Of a DNA stretch of 64,000 nucleotides, positions 56,330 to 64,000 are shown in pieces. The stretch lies in the NCBI GenBank assembly GCA_043809315.1, contig JAZDDX010000007.1:32001-96000 (forward strand). Reading direction: 5' to 3'. Source of the stretch: Pseudomonadota bacterium. Its GTDB lineage: Bacteria; Bdellovibrionota_G; JALEGL01; DATDPG01. Both the position numbers and the translations under genes were made by a program. The notes under the pieces are model-generated. The model had not been told where the DNA came from. It made no database searches and saw only the letters and a list, made by a program, of their open reading frames with translations. Numbering within the stretch: the first letter of the stretch is position 1; the number at the start of each line of letters is the position of its first letter.

Positions 56330-57657
56330 GCGATCGAGCGGAGGGCCCCGAGAAGGAGACGGCTTTCCCGTTCGTTTGCGGGAACCCGCTTCCAAACTGC
56401 CCGGAGAATCGCACGTTCTCCGCGTGAAAAATCCGAACGATCGGCCAGCCTTCGTCCGAGGCGATACCCGATGCTGTGAGCCGCCTCCCACGAACTCCGC
56501 GGTTCCTCCTTCGGCCCGGAGAACCGGCGACCCGGGACGATCCAGGCGCTCGCGAAAAATGCGAGCGCCTCCTCCAGGGCCGCACGGTAGGGACCGAACG
56601 AAACCGAACGGACCCCGGCGAGGCGGACGAAATGGGCGGCCTCCTCCGCCAGATTCGCCCGGTCGAGGGTCGACATCAGGACGATCCGTTCGGAGGGGAT
56701 CACGGCACTCTCTCCGCGAATCAGACGCTGCCAAAGAAACCGTTTCACCCCCGGCCGTCCTTTTTTCCCGGCAAGAAAGCGGAAGACGCTCCCGTCGAAC
56801 GGCGTCAAGAACGCTCGGGGAGGTCCCGGAGATCTCCCCTTTGATCGTCGGACGATCTTCTCCACGGCGTTCGTGAACGCGGCGCGGAGTTCGGAAGGGT
56901 CGATCAGCGGCCCCTCTTTCGCACTCCAGGCCCGATGCCCTTCCAGAGTGACGAGGGGAGAACGTCCTACGAATGCGAACGTGTCGGGGAAAGGGCGGAT
57001 CCATCCGTTCGTTCGCCCGCACCTCCAGCGGGTCTCCGCCGCCTCGAGAAGGACGAACCCGGCCTCGATTCTACGGCGGACGAGGAGTTTCGGAAGATGA
57101 TCCGGTGCAAGCCGCAGGGCCCCGGTCCATACGACGATCCGGTCCCCGTTCTTCGTTGTCCGGGAGATTTCACGGACCAGTCGCTGGTCTTGCTGTGCGA
57201 ACGAACTTTCTCCCCCGCACGGAACGATTCGCCACTTGCGCCTTTTTGCCATGTCCAGAATGAGGGCGGCTCCACCCTCGGGGAATTTGTCGCTCCGCTC
57301 CTCGAGCTTGAGCCCGCGGAGAATTTCCCTACAACCTCCGTTTCGAAAGTAACGGTGAATCGCGGAAGCTTTCGCTGCCGGAAATCGGTCGGTGATCAGA
57401 ACCGTTCCGGGTCCCAAGTGCAGGGAAGAGGAAAGCGCGATCAGGATCTTCTGATCGTCCGGCAGAAGCCGGTCGTCGCCGAAGACAACTGTTCGGCAAT
57501 TTCGAAGGAAGCGAATCACCTGTGCGGTGGAAACCACCGGCCCGGTCGCTCGGAAAGCGGCTCGCGCCCGTCGTTCGTACGTTCCTCCGGCATCCTCGCG
57601 AAAAAGTTCGCGCCAGACGGAGTAAAGCGCTCGTTCTAGACCAAGGGGGGTTCGCAT
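56326..57657 (-). CDS. Hypothetical protein, ChaN/EreA-like fold suspected
   Basis: TVVFGD; IVVWTGALRLAPDHLP; C-terminal LAEEAAHF. Confidence 0.5.
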   Translation of the reverse strand: MRTPLGLERALYSVWRELFREDAGGTYERRARAAFRATGPVVSTAQVIRFLRNCRTVVFGDDRLLPDDQKILIALSSSLHLGPGTVLITDRFPAAKASAIHRYFRNGGCREILRGLKLEERSDKFPEGGAALILDMAKRRKWRIVPCGGESSFAQQDQRLVREISRTTKNGDRIVVWTGALRLAPDHLPKLLVRRRIEAGFVLLEAAETRWRCGRTNGWIRPFPDTFAFVGRSPLVTLEGHRAWSAKEGPLIDPSELRAAFTNAVEKIVRRSKGRSPGPPRAFLTPFDGSVFRFLAGKKGRPGVKRFLWQRLIRGESAVIPSERIVLMSTLDRANLAEEAAHFVRLAGVRSVSFGPYRAALEEALAFFASAWIVPGRRFSGPKEEPRSSWEAAHSIGYRLGRRLADRSDFSRGERAILRAVWKRVPANERESRLLLGALRSIA

Positions 57658-58703
57658 TGAGATTGAGGTTGGGCGTCCCGCTCCGTCGCGGCTTCCGTAT
57701 AAAGGTTGCGCACGGGAGTCGCCAGGAACGGAGCAAAGGCCAGCCCGGCACCGGTCACGTAAATCATGTTGATCGCGTACATCACGAGGGAATAGGCAAG
57801 CCCGACCGATCGCGATACGCCGAAGAGGGAGAGCGAAGCCTGCATGAAGAGCTGATACGTTCCGACGAATCCCGGAGGCCCCGGGATCATGACGCCGATC
57901 GCGGAGATCCCGAGGATGCAGAACGGCGCTCCCCAGGGAAGGTCCAGACCGAATGCACGGAGGCCGAGCCAGTAGGCCACGATCATCACCCCCCAGACGC
58001 CGAGCGACTCGAACAGAATCCAAAGAAAACTCCAAAGGTTCGGGAGAGAGCGAAGTCCCTCGAAAAAATTCTCCACGATCTCCCGGATTCGCCTGCGAAA
58101 CCGCGCCGGGACAGCCCGCAAACAAAAATCGCACACGCGCAAGGCTCGATCGCGCTGGGTGATCGCCAGGAGCAGGAAGATAAGCGTCGGGACGAAGATT
58201 AAGAGCGCGGAGATCGCCAGCGCATGAACTCCGACGGGTAAGAACGACATCTCCCCCTGTCCTTTCGGGATCGAAATCATCCCGACGAACAACAGGCCCA
58301 CGGCGACTAGGCCGTCGAAGACCCGTTCGATCGCCACGCACGCCATCCCGGTCGACATCGACACCTGCTGGCGGCGTTTCAAGAGCAGAGGACGGGTGAA
58401 CTCCCCGAGCCGGAACGGGAAGAGGTGGATCGAGAGAAAGCCGACGGCGTTGATCGCGAACAACTCCAGCAATCCTACGCGACGTAGGTGACGGAGGAGC
58501 ACGCCCCAACGCCGCGCACGGAACCAATGGGTGGCAACCATCATCAGGAAGATGCCGAGGATCGGCGCGACCTTGAGCTGCGCCCAGCTTCCGAGAACCT
58601 CCCCCCAATTGATCCCGCGTAACGCCAACCATAAACAGACCGCTCCGAGTAGAAGACCGAGCCACAGCTTTATTCCGCGCACGGATGAACGGTAGGAAGT
58701 CAC
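57636..58703 (-). CDS. Lysylphosphatidylglycerol synthase TM / flippase-like protein
   Basis: RARRW, PFRLGEFTR, ERVFD, PGPPGFVG. Confidence 0.88.
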   Translation of the reverse strand: MTSYRSSVRGIKLWLGLLLGAVCLWLALRGINWGEVLGSWAQLKVAPILGIFLMMVATHWFRARRWGVLLRHLRRVGLLELFAINAVGFLSIHLFPFRLGEFTRPLLLKRRQQVSMSTGMACVAIERVFDGLVAVGLLFVGMISIPKGQGEMSFLPVGVHALAISALLIFVPTLIFLLLAITQRDRALRVCDFCLRAVPARFRRRIREIVENFFEGLRSLPNLWSFLWILFESLGVWGVMIVAYWLGLRAFGLDLPWGAPFCILGISAIGVMIPGPPGFVGTYQLFMQASLSLFGVSRSVGLAYSLVMYAINMIYVTGAGLAFAPFLATPVRNLYTEAATERDAQPQSQCEPPLV

Positions 58704-58751
58704 AAGGAGAGTGTCAAGGAGCCGCTTTCGAGGGTATCATCGGCTCCGGCG

Positions 58752-59570
58752 ATGGTCGTCATGTGTGAACGGTGCGCGTCCGCGTTCCGGGTCGATCCTT
58801 CGAAGATCGGACCGACGGGAGCGAACGTCCGTTGCGGTAAATGCGGGTATGTGTTCTTCACCTCTCCGGGCAAATTAGACTCCGTTCCCTCGGCGGGTTC
58901 GCCTCCAGAGCCTACGGAACTCGAAGGATTGGTTTCGTCGGTCAGCGATCAGCTTTCCATGGTCCATGTGCCCTCCGATCCGGCGGAATCCGCCGAACCG
59001 GCGCCCGTTCCTCCTCCCCCGAAAGAAGCCGCACCCCGGGAGGAGAGAATTCCCCGCGCCCCGAGACTGCTCAAAGCCACCCCTCCGCCGCTGGCAAAGG
59101 CACCGACACCGCGGTCCCGGCCGTTCGTTGCACGATCGATCCCTCTGGCCGACCGAATCCGCCGCGGCACGGTCGTCACCGCACTGATTCTCCTCGGGAT
59201 CCTGTTCGGGCTCTTCGCAATGGGGGTAAAACCGCTCTCGCGCGACCTACGCTTCCTTCTCCAATACGGGAAAAAAGCGGTGCCGCGGGAAGTGCAGATC
59301 CTGAGTTACCGCGGTCGGCTGCAGGAGACATCCGCGGTCGAGCGGGTTTTCTTCATCTCCGGCGAGATTCTGAACAGTTCCGACGAACGTCGGTTGTCTC
59401 CCAAACTCCGCCTCGACCTCTTCGCCCCGAGCGGTGAGTTCCTGCAAAACAGTTCGTTTTCCTCCGGTTCCCAGCACCTCCCTCCGGGATCGATCACCCC
59501 TTTCTCCGCGGAGATCGACGCGAGCCGGATTTCCGCGGTCGGTGCTTACCAGGTGTCCATTGAGAAGTGA
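58752..59570 (+). CDS. MJ0042-type zinc-ribbon / DUF3426-like membrane protein
   Basis: CERC...VRCGKCGYVF; Pro-rich linker; TM; ISGEILN. Confidence 0.8.
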   Translation: MVVMCERCASAFRVDPSKIGPTGANVRCGKCGYVFFTSPGKLDSVPSAGSPPEPTELEGLVSSVSDQLSMVHVPSDPAESAEPAPVPPPPKEAAPREERIPRAPRLLKATPPPLAKAPTPRSRPFVARSIPLADRIRRGTVVTALILLGILFGLFAMGVKPLSRDLRFLLQYGKKAVPREVQILSYRGRLQETSAVERVFFISGEILNSSDERRLSPKLRLDLFAPSGEFLQNSSFSSGSQHLPPGSITPFSAEIDASRISAVGAYQVSIEK

Positions 59571-59574
59571 AGCC

Positions 59575-60333
59575 GTGAAGTCGGTCGTCTCGGAGGAAAC
59601 GTTCCCTGCCGCCTGGTGCTCCGAGCTGATCTCTTCCGCGCGCGGCATCCCCGAACCGAAACAGCGGGTGGTAAAAATTCTGACGGTGCTGGCGGCCAAA
59701 GACGCCGAGTCGATCGCGACGTTTCTGCGGCACATCTCCGACCCGCAATGCCAGCGGAACCCATCCGTGAAGCGAACTCACCTCGATCTCGTCCGCTGTC
59801 GAACGGAATTCTTCCGCCTCGGGTACGACCGCCTCGCCGAAGTCTATGCCGTGGCGATCGAGCGGACTTGGGAGGATGTCGCGGCCCTTCTCCGCTCCAG
59901 CCCGGCCTTGCGATCGGTCGGAGAAACCCTCCCGGAAGGGTTCGCCAAACGCCTCGGCCGCCTTACGCTTGGACGGCGCAAACAACTGGGTCGCGACCCT
60001 CGTCGCAAGAACATCGAGCTCCTGGTCTTCGATGCCGACCCGGCGGTCATCCGCGAGCTTCTGAACAACCCGCGGATCACGGAACGTGACGTCGTCCGGA
60101 TCGCCGCACGGCACCAGGCCCCACCGGCGGTTCTGGACGAGGTCTGCCGCTCCGACCGATGGATCACCCAGTACAGCATCAAAAAGGCGCTGGTTTTCAA
60201 TCCCAGAACCCCTGCCGCGTTCGCCGTCGGGTTGTTGAACCATCTGCGCGAGGAGGATCTAAGGCTGATCCTCTCGGGCGGGACCTCGAGACAGAATCTG
60301 ATTGCCGCCGCCCGCAAGAGACTCGGGGAATAG
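59575..60333 (+). CDS. Hypothetical helical-repeat protein
   Basis: DPAVIRELLNNPRITE, ALVFNPRTP repeats. Confidence 0.65.
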   Translation: MKSVVSEETFPAAWCSELISSARGIPEPKQRVVKILTVLAAKDAESIATFLRHISDPQCQRNPSVKRTHLDLVRCRTEFFRLGYDRLAEVYAVAIERTWEDVAALLRSSPALRSVGETLPEGFAKRLGRLTLGRRKQLGRDPRRKNIELLVFDADPAVIRELLNNPRITERDVVRIAARHQAPPAVLDEVCRSDRWITQYSIKKALVFNPRTPAAFAVGLLNHLREEDLRLILSGGTSRQNLIAAARKRLGE

Positions 60334-60335
60334 GG

Positions 60336-61421
60336 ATGCTGGATTCGAAGGTAAAGCTGAAGGAGGTCCGGAGCGGGCGGGAGTTCCTCCTGCTGGTCGT
60401 GAAGATGAACCTCAAAGGGCTCCTCGTGCGATCTCCTCATCCGGTCGAGCCAAACGCCCCTCTCCTGCTTTCCTTGCAGCTGAGCGAGGACGCTCCGTCT
60501 GTGGAGCTCCGTGCCGAGGTACACAAGACCACGCCGTACCCTAACGGGAGCCACGGCGTAATCGTCCGATTCTTAAACCCGCCCAACTCGGCCCTCGCGA
60601 AGATCGCCCATTACATGGAGGAACATGAGATCGGCGCCGACGGCCGTCCGCTTCAGAAACCGACGCCGCCGTCGCGGGAACGAACGGCGATCAACGAGAT
60701 TGCGAGCTACTCGAAACTGCTGGCGCGCGCGCCCGAACCGGACGGCGTGGCCGTCCCGACCCCCGTCGATGAGGAGGCGTTGCACGACGCCGATCCCGGA
60801 TTGGCGGGGCGAACCCGCATCTTCGACGTCCCCAAGCGCGGCCGACGAAGACGGCCCCGGGGCCGACGAAATCCTTTCCGGGTCGGGGTGCAGTGGGCCG
60901 GATTGGCCGCGATTCTTCTGATTCTCGGGATGCTGTTTCTCCGCCCGCTGGTCCGTTATCTCGACGAGCGCTTCGGTCTGCGTCCGTCGGTCCTCCCCGA
61001 ATCGTTCAGTATTCTCCCATCCCCGGAACCGGTCATCCCGACGCCCCCGACGCCGACACCAACCGCAACCCCGCCCCAGATGTCGCCGATACCAACGGTC
61101 GTGGTTCGGGCCGAGATCACTCGGTACGAAATCATCCGGTCGAAGAGTTTCGTCAAACTGGTCGTCCATGGCACGGGGGATCTCTCCCGCTTCACCGTAT
61201 CCCGCGCCTCCAACCCGCGGCGCCTCCTCGTCGAGTTGAGCTCGGTGGGATCGTTTCGCGTACCCGACAGTGTTGCGGTGGGGAGAAGCCCTCTTCGCCG
61301 GATCCGGACCCGCTCGGCGGGGCCGGGAACGCAGATCATCCTCGACCTGTACCCGGTCGAATTCCCGAGATATCAGGTCCGTCCCCATCCCGGATCGCTC
61401 GACATCGTCCTGCAACGTTGA
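60336..61421 (+). CDS. Degenerate PilZ - TM - Pro/Thr linker - AMIN domain protein
   Basis: VELRAEV...GVIVRF PilZ-like; TM; SNPRRLLVEL, RRIR, QIILDL AMIN-like. Confidence 0.65.
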   Translation: MLDSKVKLKEVRSGREFLLLVVKMNLKGLLVRSPHPVEPNAPLLLSLQLSEDAPSVELRAEVHKTTPYPNGSHGVIVRFLNPPNSALAKIAHYMEEHEIGADGRPLQKPTPPSRERTAINEIASYSKLLARAPEPDGVAVPTPVDEEALHDADPGLAGRTRIFDVPKRGRRRRPRGRRNPFRVGVQWAGLAAILLILGMLFLRPLVRYLDERFGLRPSVLPESFSILPSPEPVIPTPPTPTPTATPPQMSPIPTVVVRAEITRYEIIRSKSFVKLVVHGTGDLSRFTVSRASNPRRLLVELSSVGSFRVPDSVAVGRSPLRRIRTRSAGPGTQIILDLYPVEFPRYQVRPHPGSLDIVLQR

Positions 61422-61489
61422 ATTGTATCCGGCGCAAAAAACGTTTACCCTCCGGGCGTAGGTTTCCTCTCTAACCAAAGGAGAAAAGA

Positions 61490-61777
61490 ATGGCGGCTCG
61501 TAAGGGTAAACCGAAGAAAAAGGGCGCGAAGATGAACTCGTTCATGAAGCCGATCACCCCCGATGCAGCTCTGGCTGCGATCGTCGGGTCCAAGGCGATT
61601 CCGCGCACCCAAGTGACGAAAAAGACCTGGGCTTACATCAAGCGGAAGAAGCTGCAGGACAAGAAGAAGCGGATCATGATCAACCCCGACGCCCTTCTCG
61701 GAAAAGTTTGCGGAGGAAAGAAGCAGGTTTCGATGTTTGAACTCACCAAGTGGGTGAGCCGACATCTGAAAGCGTAG
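61490..61777 (+). CDS. SWIB/MDM2 domain protein
   Basis: LAAIVG..RTQVTKKTWAYIK..LQD, INPDALL, VSMFEL. Confidence 0.92.
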   Translation: MAARKGKPKKKGAKMNSFMKPITPDAALAAIVGSKAIPRTQVTKKTWAYIKRKKLQDKKKRIMINPDALLGKVCGGKKQVSMFELTKWVSRHLKA

Positions 61778-61821
61778 CCCCCGCCCGACGATACGTTGTC
61801 AGGTCGCAGGGAACGTGCCGG

Positions 61822-62355
61822 TCAGCGGTACGTTCCCGCGACCCTGGCATAAGCAAGCGAAGAAATCACCGTCATCCCCGTCGAGACCCAAATCATCACG
61901 GGAAGGGCTTGATCTACCCGCGAGTGGAGGGGCGTTAAGATCGCGGCAAGGATCGTGAGATTCTGGAATACCGTCGCCAACTTCCCGGACAGAAGCGGAC
62001 GGATTCGGATCTTGGTACCGAAAAAGAGCAGGACCGATACACCGATCACGAGACCGAGATCCCGGCCGATCGTAACCAGGCAATACCAGATCGGGAGATA
62101 ACCCTTCGCCGTCAACGTCACGAGGCACGTCGTGATCAGGGTCTTGTCGGCGGCCGGATCCAGCCATGCGCCGACCGCGGTACGCCACCCGAATTCGCGC
62201 GCAAGATACCCGTCCAAGAGATCGGTGATCCCCGCCACGAACAGGAGCAGAAGCGCCCCGAGAACGCGATCCTGCCAGAGCAGATAGACCAGTGGAATCG
62301 CCAGCGCCAGACGGAGCAGAGTAAGCGACGTCGGTAGGTGCCGGGCCCACTTCAT
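61822..62355 (-). CDS. CDP-alcohol phosphatidyltransferase
   Basis: TDLLDGYLAR...GAWLDPAADK. Confidence 0.93.
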   Translation of the reverse strand: MKWARHLPTSLTLLRLALAIPLVYLLWQDRVLGALLLLFVAGITDLLDGYLAREFGWRTAVGAWLDPAADKTLITTCLVTLTAKGYLPIWYCLVTIGRDLGLVIGVSVLLFFGTKIRIRPLLSGKLATVFQNLTILAAILTPLHSRVDQALPVMIWVSTGMTVISSLAYARVAGTYR

Positions 62356-63398
62356 CGGATCTCCCCTGCGACTTCCGTTTCCGTCACCGCCGTGACCAGG
62401 ATCCGACCCTCCGTGAGTGCAAGAAGCCCGAGCGCACGTCCCAGTTCCGCGGCCGACCCGTTGAAGACCACGGCGAACGTCGCCCGCGAGGGAGCGTAGG
62501 CTTTCTCGATCGCCGAAGAAAACCCTCCACGGCCGGAGTTCAGGTAGTCGCGTACCTCCGAATACTGGCGATACGATTTCATCCCCGACAGGATGATGCG
62601 GTAGTCCCTCCCCTCCCCGATCGATCGGAAGTACGCCGGGAGGACGTTCTCGAGCAGCGCGCTCGCCATCAGCCCCGCCGCCTGATCTTCCCCTGATTCG
62701 AGAGAGAAGCTCCCTTGTGCGCGGGCTAACTCGGCCGGTGGTTTCACGCGATAGCCGCTCAGGCTCCCGGTTACCGTTTTTCCGCCCGCGAACGTGAGGG
62801 CTCCAGTGATCTCGATCTCATGACTTTCCGTTCCCGGAGATGCACTCTTCCGAGCCTCGGAACCGAGCTCGTCGACGGTAAACCCTAAGCCTACAAGGCG
62901 CCGAGCGACTTTTCGGGTCCAATCGGACGACGGGACCCCCTTCCGGGAGCCGGGCGCCCGTTTCTCGAGGTTCTGTAGGCCGAGTCGCGGCCGGGTCGTC
63001 CGGTCGTAGAGAATCCCCCACCGTACAAGATCACTACGAAGTTTCTCCACACGGGGGACGGCGCTCACGCTCAACTTCATCGCATCCCTGGACCTCTCCT
63101 CCTTCAGCACACGGAAATCCTGGATGTACGGTTTCGGGTCGACCGAGAGTCGGGCGAGGACGATGTCCTGATTCGCCGTCCAGAGTGCGGGCGGAATCAG
63201 GACTTGGGATTGGGTCATGCAGGCGGAGATCAGGGCTTTGTCAAGCGCCGCCTCCCGGGCCGTAGCGGCGTTCGCCTTCGCGATCGGCGAATCTCCGGAA
63301 GCCGTGATCGGCACCGGCGCATCATTCGTTTGCGCAGACACGACTCCGACGAAGAGCGCGCAGAGGATCCCGACGACCGTCAACACCCGGGCCCGCAT
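62352..63398 (-). CDS. Hypothetical exported protein (FlgT N-terminal-like)
   Basis: Signal peptide; AREAALDKAL motif. Confidence 0.55.
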   Translation of the reverse strand: MRARVLTVVGILCALFVGVVSAQTNDAPVPITASGDSPIAKANAATAREAALDKALISACMTQSQVLIPPALWTANQDIVLARLSVDPKPYIQDFRVLKEERSRDAMKLSVSAVPRVEKLRSDLVRWGILYDRTTRPRLGLQNLEKRAPGSRKGVPSSDWTRKVARRLVGLGFTVDELGSEARKSASPGTESHEIEITGALTFAGGKTVTGSLSGYRVKPPAELARAQGSFSLESGEDQAAGLMASALLENVLPAYFRSIGEGRDYRIILSGMKSYRQYSEVRDYLNSGRGGFSSAIEKAYAPSRATFAVVFNGSAAELGRALGLLALTEGRILVTAVTETEVAGEIR

Positions 63399-63406
63399 CG
63401 ATCGGC

Positions 63407-63853
63407 TCAGTTCGTGCCCCGTTTTCCGACCAACAGCGTGAATGTTCCCTCCTGGACGACCTCCTCGCGTTGGTTCAAGAGCTTCCGTTCGACCATCACG
63501 ATCCCGCGGTCGGCGCCGGTCTCTTTCTTCCGTTTGACCTCGCTCACGCACGCGACGGTGTCACCGATGAAGATCGGTTTTGTGAATTTCCAGTCGAGCG
63601 ACATGAACGCGAGAATCAGCCACGGCGTCTCGTTCGTCGGGAGCCCGCTCGAGATCGAAAGCCCGAGCAGCCCGTGCGCGATCCGCTTGCCGAAGATCCC
63701 TTTTTTGGCGAACTCCTCGTCCGTATGAAGGGGGTTGAAGTCGCCGCTCAACCCCGCGAAGGAAACGATGTCCGCCTCGGTCATCGTCCTCCGTTGCGAC
63801 ACCGACCGCCGACCGATTTCAAGATCTTCAAAACACAGGGTTTTTTGTTCCAT
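63407..63853 (-). CDS. MaoC-like dehydratase
   Basis: FEDLEIG, FAGLSGDFNPLH, IAHG, PIFIGDT. Confidence 0.92.
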   Translation of the reverse strand: MEQKTLCFEDLEIGRRSVSQRRTMTEADIVSFAGLSGDFNPLHTDEEFAKKGIFGKRIAHGLLGLSISSGLPTNETPWLILAFMSLDWKFTKPIFIGDTVACVSEVKRKKETGADRGIVMVERKLLNQREEVVQEGTFTLLVGKRGTN

Positions 63854-64000
63854 AGATCCGGCTGGTTTACCCTGAACCGACGCGGTGATCAATTGAGAAA
63901 GAGAGTCCTTACCGGTCGGGACCGTTTTGCGGTAAGAGCATCTCGATGAGGGAGGGTAGGACTCAAACGAAACCTTCCGGCCAGCTCCGCGAACGCGCGC

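Noticed and set aside
56326-58665. 779-aa ORF
   Set aside because: The first ~336 codons overlap the flippase-like gene in another frame and are Arg/Pro-rich shadow; the real start is probably 57657
63889-64000. Possible 3' end of an upstream minus-strand gene
   Set aside because: Too short and has no recognisable motif

Overview
High-GC bacterial chromosomal segment. Gene content (PilZ, HD-GYP and sigma-54 activator genes, LapA/LapB, IHF, SWIB, FHA, minor pilins) suggests a Gram-negative deltaproteobacterial-type organism (Myxococcota/Bdellovibrionota-like); this is an inference. Bases 1-~6218 are the right end of an integrative element inserted at the 3' end of tRNA-Ser(TGA). It carries a tyrosine integrase, a tandem ribbon-helix-helix protein and a translationally coupled arsenic operon: MerR-family regulator, acr3, arsC-arsP fusion, small thioredoxin, DGC protein and arsF-like gene. 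The operon is unusual in being headed by a MerR-family gene rather than ArsR. It sits behind a near-copy of the Tn21/Tn501 mer operator-promoter, and the regulator has a rewired cysteine set, making it the best candidate for a new system (a possible As(III)-sensing MerR). The rest is mostly core genome (serS, radA, lemA/M48, ihf, rho, tRNA-Pro, nrdJ plus cobalamin adenosyltransferase, greA, ispG, comM, lapAB). Other notable items are a 1340-aa pilin-like protein with a PilX partner, a structured nrdJ leader, a frameshifted degP, a RelE/HigA-like TA pair and many apparently leaderless promoters. No CRISPR array or rRNA was seen. All functional calls come from motif recognition only; no database searches were run.
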